Source of the DNA: an uncultured Candidatus Saccharibacteria bacterium
GTDB taxonomy: Bacteria; Patescibacteriota; Dojkabacteria; SC72
NCBI GenBank assembly: GCA_964625015.1
Contig: CAZUZI010000003.1
Span: forward strand, 854 to 46,565
Length of the DNA: 45,712 bases
Direction of reading: 5' to 3'
A program made the position numbers and the translations under genes. This document shows positions 1 to 8,350 of this stretch, piece after piece. Below the pieces are notes generated by a model. The model saw nothing but the letters and a program-made list of their open reading frames with translations, ran no database searches and was not told the origin of the DNA. Every line of letters starts with the position of its first letter. Position 1 is the first letter of the stretch.

Positions 1-81
1 ATTAAGAGCTAATGGTGGGGATACCCCGAACAAGAATAGGGATGGTGGTGGTGGTAGTGGTGGAAGAATCGCTCTGTATTA
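1..81 (+). repeat. Intragenic direct repeat, copy 1 (matches 1057-1137; first 55 nt identical)
   Basis: By-eye alignment gives 3 mismatches in 81 nt. The offset is 1056 nt, which is 352 codons, so the repeat is in frame. Confidence 0.85.
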
Positions 82-3000
82 CTCTAATGACACATCTGCT
101 TTTTCAACTCTATCAACGATTGGAGGAAACGTTGGTGATAGTGCACAAGTTGGTGGCGCTGGAACAATCTACAAGAAGTCTGCTAGTGCTACAAATGGAG
201 ACTTAACAATTAAGAATAATTCTATTTGGTCAATAGCTATTAGCAAAATTGCTTTAACACCAATCCCAAATACAAATATTAATAACTTAAGAGTAGAAAG
301 TAATTCTAGTGTTACATATACAAGTACCTTAACAGCTACAATTATTTCAATTGAGGAAAAGTCATACTTTAAAAATGTCGGTACTGTTTCCACCCAAGCA
401 TTAAATATAAATACATCTAGTGTATATGATAATGGTATGGGTTCAACAACAACGTATACATCACTTAACTGGGCAGGAGGTAGTATAGCTGACAATGGTG
501 GTTCCATGAATCTTGTTAGTGGAGGAGGAGATTTAACCATTCCTGCTACATCTACTCTCATAGGAAATACTCCTAGAACATTTACAAACATTACTATCAA
601 CGGTACATTAACTCACGATGCGAACACCACAGAACCAGTAAATAAGATTATATATACATCCTTAAACAACTTTGAATTGACAAGTACAGGAGTAATAAAT
701 CTTGACAGTAAAGGATATGCAGCAGGAGAAGGACCTGGGGCTGGGACAGATGGGCAGTATGGATCTGGTGGTGGTGCATATGGAGGTAATGGTGGAAAAG
801 GTACTACCTATGCAGGAGGTACCGCATATGGAAGTATGACAGAACCAACAGATTTAGGAAGTGGAGGTGGTGTATTTGGACCTTCTGGTGCTGGTGGTGG
901 TGCTATTAAGATAACTGCAGGAGGTACTGCTAAAATTGATGGCTTGATAACTGCAAATGGTGGATATGGTGAAGGTGGATATTGGGAAGATGCTTCTGGT
1001 GGTGGTGCTGGTGGATCAATATGGATTATTGCTAACACTCTTGAAGGAACTGGAATATTAAGAGCTAATGGTGGGGATACCCCGAACAAGAATAGGGATG
1101 GTGGTGGTGGTGGTGGTGGAAGAATTGCCCTGTATTATACAGTTGATAATTTCAATTTTGCTACAATAACAGTTAATGGTGGTACTGCAGGTAATACTGC
1201 CCAACCTGGTGGTGTTGGAACAATATATGAGGGAGGTATACCATCAAATCCTGTAAATCTGACTCAGCTAAAAGCTGATGGTACAATAGGTATAGGAGTA
1301 GGAAGTGGGACAAATGAGAGTAGTATAAAGATAAGAATGCAGATGTCTGATCCTAATGCAACTGATTCACTAACACCGCAAGTAGAGTTTGTTCCATTGG
1401 GAACAACATTTAATAATGTAGCAACAAACAGTGGTACTCCAGTTGGATATTCAGGTAGTGGAGTAACAGGAGAAGTTGAAGTAACAGGACTTGCAGACGG
1501 TAGCTCATATCACTGGCAAGCAAGAGTATGTGATTCAATAAACCTATGTTCTAATTGGGTTAGCTTTGGAAATAATGGAGAAGAGGAAGCCGATGTAAGA
1601 GTTGTAATGAATACTAATCCAAATTCACCTACAATTCCTACATCCTCTTTCTATATAAATGGTCAATATACAAACAACTTACAACCTACATTGGGTTTTG
1701 TTCTTTCTGATCCAAATGCTGTAGATTCAGTGGGATTTGTAATTGAGGTAAGTACTGTTTCTAATTTTAATACAACAATAATAAGCTATACATCTGCAAT
1801 GGCAGCACAAGGGACACAATCATTTACCATAGGACAGGCTGCAGGTGATGGAACATATACAACTGGGAATGCAGGACAAGAACTTGTTACAGGTAACTAT
1901 TACTGGAGAGTAAAAGCAGTAGATGATAAGAATGGTAGCTCAGATTGGAGTGTTGCAACTGGTACACCTTCATTTAAGATTGATCTTTCAAGACCAACAA
2001 ATGCTTCAAATACATATATTAAATCATCTGTATCTGCAACAAATCAATATACATTAACAGATGGTAATATGTGGTTCAGAAGAAATGATTTGTACTTTGC
2101 ATGGGATGAAGCAAATGATAGCCAAGGTATAAAGGGATACTGTTTATATATTGGTCAAAATGCATTAGCAGACCCTGCTACAGAGAAAGGATTACTCGGA
2201 TCTTCCCCTGTTAGTACAACAGGTACAACATGCCAATTTATTACAAATACGACAGAAATAGACTTCTCTAATTCTGCATATAGGAGCTATGAATGGTTAA
2301 CATCTAGTAATGACCCTTACTATTTCAAAGTTAAGGCAATTGATATTGCAAATAATACATATGATGGGCCAGATGATACAAACTATGTTTCTTTCAATTT
2401 TGATAATACTGCACCTCAGAATGTAACTGCTATATCTACACCAAGTATTGCGTTTTCGTCTGCTGCAGATATGTTCTTCAGCTGGAGTACAGGAAATGCA
2501 GGAGCATCTGATGATCAATCTGGTGTATTAGGTTTCCAATATGCGATAAATACAAAAGATACATGGTGGGGTAATACACAGGATGAATTTACTGGATTAA
2601 CATATTCACCAATGGATAGACAACAACCTCTTTATCTTCCTACAGAAGTACAATCTTCAATTCAATTAGGACAAAATACTGTTTACTTTAGGGTTGCAGA
2701 TCAAGCTGGAAATTACTCAGAATTAAGAACAGCAATACTTAACTATGGTGGAGAGGCTCCATCATTCGCACAGGGATCTGAGGTTACTGTAACACCAACA
2801 CAGAATGATACAAATACATTTGCATTTAGTTGGCCAGAGGCAGAGGCTTCTACGGGTAATACTGTTGCAACCTACTATTACATGATTAATACTCCACCTC
2901 CAGTATCATATGCAACGATAACTTCGAATTCGGCTACATACATTGCGACAACAGGTACTTCTATATCTAATTCTGTAATACCTGGATTACGTAAAGGAGC

Positions 3001-4642
3001 AAATACAATATACGTTGCTGTAGTGGATAATGCTGGAAATTACTCTTCTTCAAATGTAATTTCAGCTACATTCTACCTTAACTCTGAAGTACCAGATTCC
3101 CCAACAGATGTTACAGTTGCAGATATCTCTATAAAAGATGTCTCAATATGGAGAGCTGCAGTTGTTTGGGGAGAACCTGAATACAAGGGCACTGGAACAC
3201 TTACATATCATGTATATAGATCTGAAGATGCAACTACTTGGGAAGAGATAGCTACAACTACTGGTCTTACATATGTTGATACTGTTCCAGAATCTAAGGA
3301 GTATTTCTGGAGAGTTGCTTCAACAGATAACTCTGATGAATCAATTGGTAGTCCTTCTGTATCAAATGGAGCATCACTGACACCTAGAGGTAAGTATTTG
3401 GAGCCTCCTACATTAACATCAGGTCCTGCAAGTTCATCAATTTCTACAACAAAGAGTACAATATCATGGACTACAAGTAGAAATTCAGATAGTAAGGTAG
3501 CATTTGGATTGAATAGCAGAGATTACTTTGAATCAGAATCATACAATTCAACAGAGACTACTGAGCATAAAATAGTATTAAGTAATCTAACACCAGGAAC
3601 ACAGTACTACTATACTGCGAAATGGACTGATGAAGATGGTAATACTGGTGAGAGTCAGGAGTTATCATTTGCAACAGAGCCTGCACCAGAGGTTAAGAAT
3701 GTAAGAATTAGTAATAGGGGAGTAAGTAGTTCAATGATTAATTTCACAACAGTTAAGGCAAGTAGTGTTAAGATATATTACGGTGTTTCAACAAGTTTTG
3801 GTGGAGTAAAAGAGATTGCAACATCTAAACTGGAAACCTCATACTCATTACAATTGGATCAATTACAGGATGGTACTAAGTATTACTTTAAGATAAATAC
3901 AATGGATGAAGAGGGTAAGGAATACGAGGGTACAATCTTAGACTTCGAAACATTACCAAGACCAAAGGTGTTTAATATAAAGGTACAACAAGTTGCAAAG
4001 ACAGCACAATCTGCACTTCTTGTATCATGGAATTCTAATACAGATATCTCTTCTGTAGTTACTTACTACCCATCATCTAATCCAAGTATGATGAGAGATA
4101 ACGTTGATTTAGAACTAAAAGCAGGTGAGCATGAGATGTTGATTAAAGGCCTATTCCCAGATACAGAGTACTCTATACAGGTTAGGGGTAATGACATAAT
4201 TGGTAACGAAGCAATTTCAGAGGTAATAAATATTAAAACTTCTAGAGATAGTAGGGCACCACAAATCTCTGCAATGACACTTGAGGGTACAAATGTTAGA
4301 TTAACTGATGGTGGTACGACATCACAGTTAATCGTAAGCTGGAATACTGATGAACCATCTACAAGTCAGGTAGAATATGGAGAGGGTTCTGGAGATAACT
4401 ATAATCAGCTTACACAGGAAGACAAAGATCTTTCATACAATCATGTTGTCATTATTTCTGGCCTTACACCATCGAAGGTGTATCATTTAAGAGCAATATC
4501 TGCAGATTCTGCTGGTAATGTAACTAAATCTATTGATACAGTAACAATAACACCAAAGGCAACTGATAACGCACTCTATCTTGTAATAACAACTCTTAGA
4601 GAAGCATTTGGTTTCATTGATCAGATTGATAATTTAAAGTAA
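2..4642 (+). CDS. Giant secreted/surface protein, 5'-partial: Gly-rich beta-helix-like modules of about 352 aa, then FN3/Ig-like domains and four C-terminal FN3-like repeats
   Basis: I read frame 2 codon by codon and it is open from nt 2 through the tracked ATG at 437, with no stop. The upstream residues continue the same module (LRANGGDTPNKNRDGGGGSGGRIALYY...). Repeated GGxGG tracts are present. Four C-terminal repeats follow the pattern (I/V)SW(T/N)T...V.(F/Y)G...L.PGT.YYY. The stop codon TAA is at 4640-4642. Confidence 0.8.
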   Translation, partial: LRANGGDTPNKNRDGGGGSGGRIALYYSNDTSAFSTLSTIGGNVGDSAQVGGAGTIYKKSASATNGDLTIKNNSIWSIAISKIALTPIPNTNINNLRVESNSSVTYTSTLTATIISIEEKSYFKNVGTVSTQALNINTSSVYDNGMGSTTTYTSLNWAGGSIADNGGSMNLVSGGGDLTIPATSTLIGNTPRTFTNITINGTLTHDANTTEPVNKIIYTSLNNFELTSTGVINLDSKGYAAGEGPGAGTDGQYGSGGGAYGGNGGKGTTYAGGTAYGSMTEPTDLGSGGGVFGPSGAGGGAIKITAGGTAKIDGLITANGGYGEGGYWEDASGGGAGGSIWIIANTLEGTGILRANGGDTPNKNRDGGGGGGGRIALYYTVDNFNFATITVNGGTAGNTAQPGGVGTIYEGGIPSNPVNLTQLKADGTIGIGVGSGTNESSIKIRMQMSDPNATDSLTPQVEFVPLGTTFNNVATNSGTPVGYSGSGVTGEVEVTGLADGSSYHWQARVCDSINLCSNWVSFGNNGEEEADVRVVMNTNPNSPTIPTSSFYINGQYTNNLQPTLGFVLSDPNAVDSVGFVIEVSTVSNFNTTIISYTSAMAAQGTQSFTIGQAAGDGTYTTGNAGQELVTGNYYWRVKAVDDKNGSSDWSVATGTPSFKIDLSRPTNASNTYIKSSVSATNQYTLTDGNMWFRRNDLYFAWDEANDSQGIKGYCLYIGQNALADPATEKGLLGSSPVSTTGTTCQFITNTTEIDFSNSAYRSYEWLTSSNDPYYFKVKAIDIANNTYDGPDDTNYVSFNFDNTAPQNVTAISTPSIAFSSAADMFFSWSTGNAGASDDQSGVLGFQYAINTKDTWWGNTQDEFTGLTYSPMDRQQPLYLPTEVQSSIQLGQNTVYFRVADQAGNYSELRTAILNYGGEAPSFAQGSEVTVTPTQNDTNTFAFSWPEAEASTGNTVATYYYMINTPPPVSYATITSNSATYIATTGTSISNSVIPGLRKGANTIYVAVVDNAGNYSSSNVISATFYLNSEVPDSPTDVTVADISIKDVSIWRAAVVWGEPEYKGTGTLTYHVYRSEDATTWEEIATTTGLTYVDTVPESKEYFWRVASTDNSDESIGSPSVSNGASLTPRGKYLEPPTLTSGPASSSISTTKSTISWTTSRNSDSKVAFGLNSRDYFESESYNSTETTEHKIVLSNLTPGTQYYYTAKWTDEDGNTGESQELSFATEPAPEVKNVRISNRGVSSSMINFTTVKASSVKIYYGVSTSFGGVKEIATSKLETSYSLQLDQLQDGTKYYFKINTMDEEGKEYEGTILDFETLPRPKVFNIKVQQVAKTAQSALLVSWNSNTDISSVVTYYPSSNPSMMRDNVDLELKAGEHEMLIKGLFPDTEYSIQVRGNDIIGNEAISEVINIKTSRDSRAPQISAMTLEGTNVRLTDGGTTSQLIVSWNTDEPSTSQVEYGEGSGDNYNQLTQEDKDLSYNHVVIISGLTPSKVYHLRAISADSAGNVTKSIDTVTITPKATDNALYLVITTLREAFGFIDQIDNLK
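1057..1137 (+). repeat. Intragenic direct repeat, copy 2 (matches 1-81)
   Basis: Same alignment as copy 1. This copy also contains a (GGT)6 tract at 1100-1117 that encodes poly-Gly. Confidence 0.85.
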
Positions 4643-4648
4643 CTAGTT

Positions 4649-5404
4649 ATGAAGAGTGAGATAACAATAAAAGTTGATAATATTGATAAATCATTTAATG
4701 TTGCAGATGGTAAGGTAGATGTGTTAAAGAAAATATCCTTTGATATACTCGATTCTGAATTTGCCATCATATTTGGTCCCTCTGGATGTGGTAAATCTAC
4801 ACTGCTTCACACAATATTAGGATTAGAGCAACCAACTGGAGGTGCAATTACAGTACTTGGTAGAAATGTATATACTAACTATTCTGAAGATAATATGGCA
4901 GAATTTAGGATACATAATATTGGGATGGTATATCAGCAATCAAACTGGATAAAGGCAATTAATGTAGTTGAGAATGTTGCATTTCCTCTCGCTATACTTG
5001 GATATGAGCATACAGAGAGAATAAATAAGGCAAAGAAGCTATTAGATTCTCTTCATTTACTTCCATGGGCAGAATATCATCCATATGAGCTTTCAAGTGG
5101 ACAGCAACAGAAGGCTGCATTAGCTAGAGCATTGATAGGCAACCCTAGAATCATTATTGCTGATGAACCAACAGGTAACCTAGACTACGAAGCAGGAGAG
5201 GAGTTGATTTCTTTGTTTAAGGATCTTTCTACTACACAGGGTAAAACAATATTGATGGTTACACATGATTTAAACTATATTAAACATGCAAACAAAGCAA
5301 TTAGGATGCTTGATGGTGAAGTGGTAGAGATATTTGAACCTAAGAATGGAGAGAGTAGTCATGAAATACTTAAATACAAAACATCTGCAGATTATGTCAA
5401 ATAG
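4649..5404 (+). CDS. ABC transporter ATP-binding protein (MacB/LolD-like)
   Basis: Walker A is GPSGCGKSTLL, the signature is LSSGQQQKAALARAL, and Walker B is IIIADEPTGNLD. The H-loop reads VTHD. It starts 6 nt after the giant protein's stop. Confidence 0.9.
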   Translation: MKSEITIKVDNIDKSFNVADGKVDVLKKISFDILDSEFAIIFGPSGCGKSTLLHTILGLEQPTGGAITVLGRNVYTNYSEDNMAEFRIHNIGMVYQQSNWIKAINVVENVAFPLAILGYEHTERINKAKKLLDSLHLLPWAEYHPYELSSGQQQKAALARALIGNPRIIIADEPTGNLDYEAGEELISLFKDLSTTQGKTILMVTHDLNYIKHANKAIRMLDGEVVEIFEPKNGESSHEILKYKTSADYVK

Positions 5405-6938
5405 AAAAAGTATAAAAGAACATATAGCTGGATTCTTTAGAACAATATCATATATCTTCCTTATAGCTATATATGGAATACTGATTGTGATAAGGCAAAT
5501 TGGTAAAAAAATAAAACCAATTTCTAAGTTAGAACCAGCAATATCCAAATTTATAAGGCTACTTGATAGAACTCCTAAAGGCAATCTATCAAGGGTAGAG
5601 TTAATAACTCTTGCAGTGCAGAATATGAGTGCCAAAAGAAATAGAACTAATGTTACCATTGGTGGTATGGCAGTAGGTATTGCAACTATTGTTTTACTTG
5701 TATCAATAGCATACGGTTTACAGTCTCTTGTTGTTAATAGGGTAGCAAGGTTAGATGAAATGAAACAGGCAGATGTGTCTGTACAACCTGGTAGTAATCT
5801 TTTACTTAATGATAATATCCTAGAGCTATTTACAGGGTTCGAGAATGTAAAGATGTCTCTTCCACAAATTTCTGTAGTGGGTAAGGTGAATTTTAATAAC
5901 TCATCTACAGATATGGCAGCATACGGTGTAACAAAGGAGTATCTTGTTCAATCTGCTATTGCTCCTGTTGTTGGAAAGACTTTTGAAAGTAATGATACAA
6001 AGAATATGTTCCCAGTATTAAAAGATGAAGTCATTATTGGTAATACAGATACTGGAACAAATCTAGAAGAGGGATGGGTAGAGGTACAGGATGAAAGTGA
6101 AGTTGATAACTCACTTACTATCACAAAAGTTACAATGCCTGCTGACATTAAAGAGAGAGAGGCTGTTGTAAACAGGGCATTTCTTAAGGTTTTGAATCTT
6201 TCAGAATCAGATGCTGTGGGAAAAACTTTTTCCGTTTCCTTTATTGCTTCAAGTATATCTCCGAATGGAGGGCAGAAGAGAATAGAGTCTACAGCTGTAG
6301 AGTATGCAATAGTAGGGGTAACCCCAGACGATTTGTCACCTCTCTTCTTTATTCCTTTCATTCATCTTAGATCCATGGGGATTGAGAACTACTCACAGAT
6401 TAAGATAGTTGCTGATAGTGAAGATAATTTAGAGAGTATAAGGACAAGGATTGAGTCTAATGGTTTTCAGACTTCTTCTGTAGTTGATACAGTAACACAA
6501 ATTAATAGTTTGTTTGGTACTATTAGAACAGCACTAGCTATCCTTGGTGCAATTGCACTCTTTGTTGCAGCACTGGGGATGTTTAATACATTAACAGTTT
6601 CTTTACTTGAGAGAACTAGAGAGGTTGGATTACTTAAAGCAATGGGTATGAAAGCTAGTGATGTAAGTGATCTCTTTCTTGCAGAATCAATGATAATGGG
6701 TACAGCAGGTGGCTTCTTAGGTATTGTTGGTGGATTAGGTATCGGTAAGATAATAGAGTTAGGATTGTCTATATATTCCTCTATAAAGGGAATTGGTATG
6801 GTAACAATAGTTGATATGCCGATTGAGTTTACTCTCTTTATAATATTCCTTTCATTCCTTGTTGGAGTATTAACAGGTTTCTATCCTTCTAGAAGAGCTA
6901 CTAAGATATCTGCATTAAATGCATTAAGATACGAGTAA
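5361..6938 (+). CDS. ABC transporter permease, FtsX/MacB type with a large extracytoplasmic domain
   Basis: TM1 is NVTIGGMAVGIATIVLLVSIAYGL, followed by a soluble loop of about 250 aa. The C-terminal FtsX-like region reads LLKAMGMKASDV and is followed by further hydrophobic segments. I chose the start at 5361 because GGAGAG lies 7 nt upstream; 5334 and 5394 are alternatives. Confidence 0.8.
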   Translation: MKYLNTKHLQIMSNRKSIKEHIAGFFRTISYIFLIAIYGILIVIRQIGKKIKPISKLEPAISKFIRLLDRTPKGNLSRVELITLAVQNMSAKRNRTNVTIGGMAVGIATIVLLVSIAYGLQSLVVNRVARLDEMKQADVSVQPGSNLLLNDNILELFTGFENVKMSLPQISVVGKVNFNNSSTDMAAYGVTKEYLVQSAIAPVVGKTFESNDTKNMFPVLKDEVIIGNTDTGTNLEEGWVEVQDESEVDNSLTITKVTMPADIKEREAVVNRAFLKVLNLSESDAVGKTFSVSFIASSISPNGGQKRIESTAVEYAIVGVTPDDLSPLFFIPFIHLRSMGIENYSQIKIVADSEDNLESIRTRIESNGFQTSSVVDTVTQINSLFGTIRTALAILGAIALFVAALGMFNTLTVSLLERTREVGLLKAMGMKASDVSDLFLAESMIMGTAGGFLGIVGGLGIGKIIELGLSIYSSIKGIGMVTIVDMPIEFTLFIIFLSFLVGVLTGFYPSRRATKISALNALRYE

Positions 6939-7868
6939 TTGATCTAATATATATATTACTTCATTACTACTGTTGCATTGCATTAGTTTTGCTCTTAGCT
7001 CACTAGCTCCATCAAATCCATTAATATATGCTCTAAAGAATTTTTTAAGTGAGTTAAAATCCTTTTTCTTTCCCCATACGTCATCGAAAAGTTTTAGATG
7101 ATTCTTAAAAACAGCTATTTTTTCATTGATTGAGATCTCTTTTGTAGACTTACTAAAACACCATGGATTTGTCATAGCTGCCCTTCCAATTAGTACACCA
7201 TCTATCATATATTCGGAGATCTTTTCATTTGCTTCCTGTATAGAGTGTATATCACCATTACCAAATATTAAGGTATTAGGAGATATACTATTCCTTAGAT
7301 TAACTATTTCATTCATGTATGACCAATCTGCATTTATAGAAGATGCTCCTCTTGCAGTTCTCATATGAATAGTTAAGACAGAAAGATTCTGATCTAGTAA
7401 AAAGTATATCCAATCCATATCAATACTGTTAAATCCTAATCTTGTTTTGACTGATATTGGAAGACCACTCTCTTTGACTGAATCGATAATCTCTTTTACA
7501 AGTTCTCTATCTGCAGTTATTAGTGCACTACCTGATAACCCATTAATGACGTTCTTTACAGAACAACCCATGTTAATATCTATACCATCAAAGCCTAAAT
7601 CTTTAACAATCATTGCTGACTTCAAGAAGTTCTTAGGGGTATTACCCCAAAGTTGAGCGATAATGGGATGCTCAGAGCTATCATATTCAAGTCTATGCAT
7701 AACACGATCTTTACCAACACTATTTAATCCATCAACATTTACAAATTCAGTATACAGAAGATCTGGCTTAGACAAAGACATTACAATTCTTCTAAATACT
7801 GTATCGGTTACATCTTCCATAGGGGAGAGTCCAATAATTGGTTTTTTAAGCTTTTCATATATATTCAT
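6924..7868 (-). CDS. tRNA-dihydrouridine synthase (Dus family)
   Basis: Motifs seen are LSPMEDVTDTVFR, FDGIDINMGCS (catalytic Cys context) and GNGDI, consistent with a TIM-barrel flavoenzyme. The tracked start at 7874 is GTG, and an ATG lies two codons in at 7868. Confidence 0.8.
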   Translation of the reverse strand: MNIYEKLKKPIIGLSPMEDVTDTVFRRIVMSLSKPDLLYTEFVNVDGLNSVGKDRVMHRLEYDSSEHPIIAQLWGNTPKNFLKSAMIVKDLGFDGIDINMGCSVKNVINGLSGSALITADRELVKEIIDSVKESGLPISVKTRLGFNSIDMDWIYFLLDQNLSVLTIHMRTARGASSINADWSYMNEIVNLRNSISPNTLIFGNGDIHSIQEANEKISEYMIDGVLIGRAAMTNPWCFSKSTKEISINEKIAVFKNHLKLFDDVWGKKKDFNSLKKFFRAYINGFDGASELRAKLMQCNSSNEVIYILDQLLVS

Positions 7869-7893
7869 AAGCACAATTATACAATGACAAAGC

Positions 7894-7922
7894 TTGAAAT
7901 AATAATGGATTTACAATAAACT
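7894..7922 (+). promoter_or_regulatory. Putative sigma70-type promoter (TTGAAA-17-TAAACT) upstream of the 7946 ORF
   Basis: Hexamers and spacing read directly from the sequence. There is no experimental support. Confidence 0.3.
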
Positions 7923-7945
7923 TACTGTGTATTACTGCCTAAGAT

Positions 7946-8350
7946 ATGGAACAAAAGAATATACTAACAAGTAATGGAGGACAAAAAATCCTCGATGAAA
8001 CAAAGGTCGATAGCTCCCTTGTTATCTTCACATATACACTTAAAGAGTTCTTCTACTGGTGGTATGTACGAATGCTCTACTGGCATCTTAGAATGTTAGG
8101 AAGAATATCTATGGTAGTTGATGATAACCTATCTATATCACTTCTGATAAAGAACTTCTTTTTACCTTGGCATAGGGACTTCTCACTCATTGGGTGGACA
8201 TTTGGTATACTGATAAAGATCATATATCTACCAATAGCAATCTTTACATACTTACTTCTCATTTCAATCTACATAGTAATAATCCTACTATGGTTACTTC
8301 TTCCACCTGCAACACTAGCTTTCATAATTAGATCAATAATAAATATATAA
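7946..8350 (+). CDS. Small integral membrane protein, unknown function
   Basis: It has hydrophobic segments (IGWTFGILIKIIYLPIAIFTYLLLISIYIVIILLWLLL). Its stop TAA overlaps the ATG of the next gene, forming TAATG at 8348-8352. Confidence 0.5.
   Translation: MEQKNILTSNGGQKILDETKVDSSLVIFTYTLKEFFYWWYVRMLYWHLRMLGRISMVVDDNLSISLLIKNFFLPWHRDFSLIGWTFGILIKIIYLPIAIFTYLLLISIYIVIILLWLLLPPATLAFIIRSIINI

Noticed and set aside
1-1146. I considered whether the 81-nt near-identical repeat pair could be mobile-element ends or a DGR template/variable-repeat pair.
   Set aside because: Both copies are direct, in frame and part of a repeated protein module. No transposase or reverse transcriptase is present in the window. 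The three mismatches (A/G, C/T, T/C) are not the adenine-specific pattern expected of a DGR.
12-2518. Tracked ORFs 12-206(+), 169-600(-), 808-1089(-) and 2297-2518(-) lie inside the giant surface-protein gene.
   Set aside because: They are off-frame or antisense shadows of a continuous open frame of more than 1500 codons. Their sequences are low-complexity mirrors of the GGT/GGA-rich coding strand, for example a poly-Pro/Ala run from antisense Gly codons. No independent start or regulatory signal is visible.
5270-6361. Antisense ORFs at 5270-5659(-) and 5948-6361(-) lie within the ABC genes. Similar antisense ORFs occur across dus, clp, pilM/N, pilB/T/C, gyrB and gyrA.
   Set aside because: Each is antisense to a gene with strong family motifs. 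Their products are hydrophobic or low-complexity, as expected from the reverse complement of AT-rich coding sequence.
6924-6938. The ABC permease and Dus genes converge and their 3' ends overlap by 15 nt.
   Set aside because: The overlap is real, but short convergent overlaps are common in compact genomes. Nothing else, such as a hairpin or repeat, marks the site.
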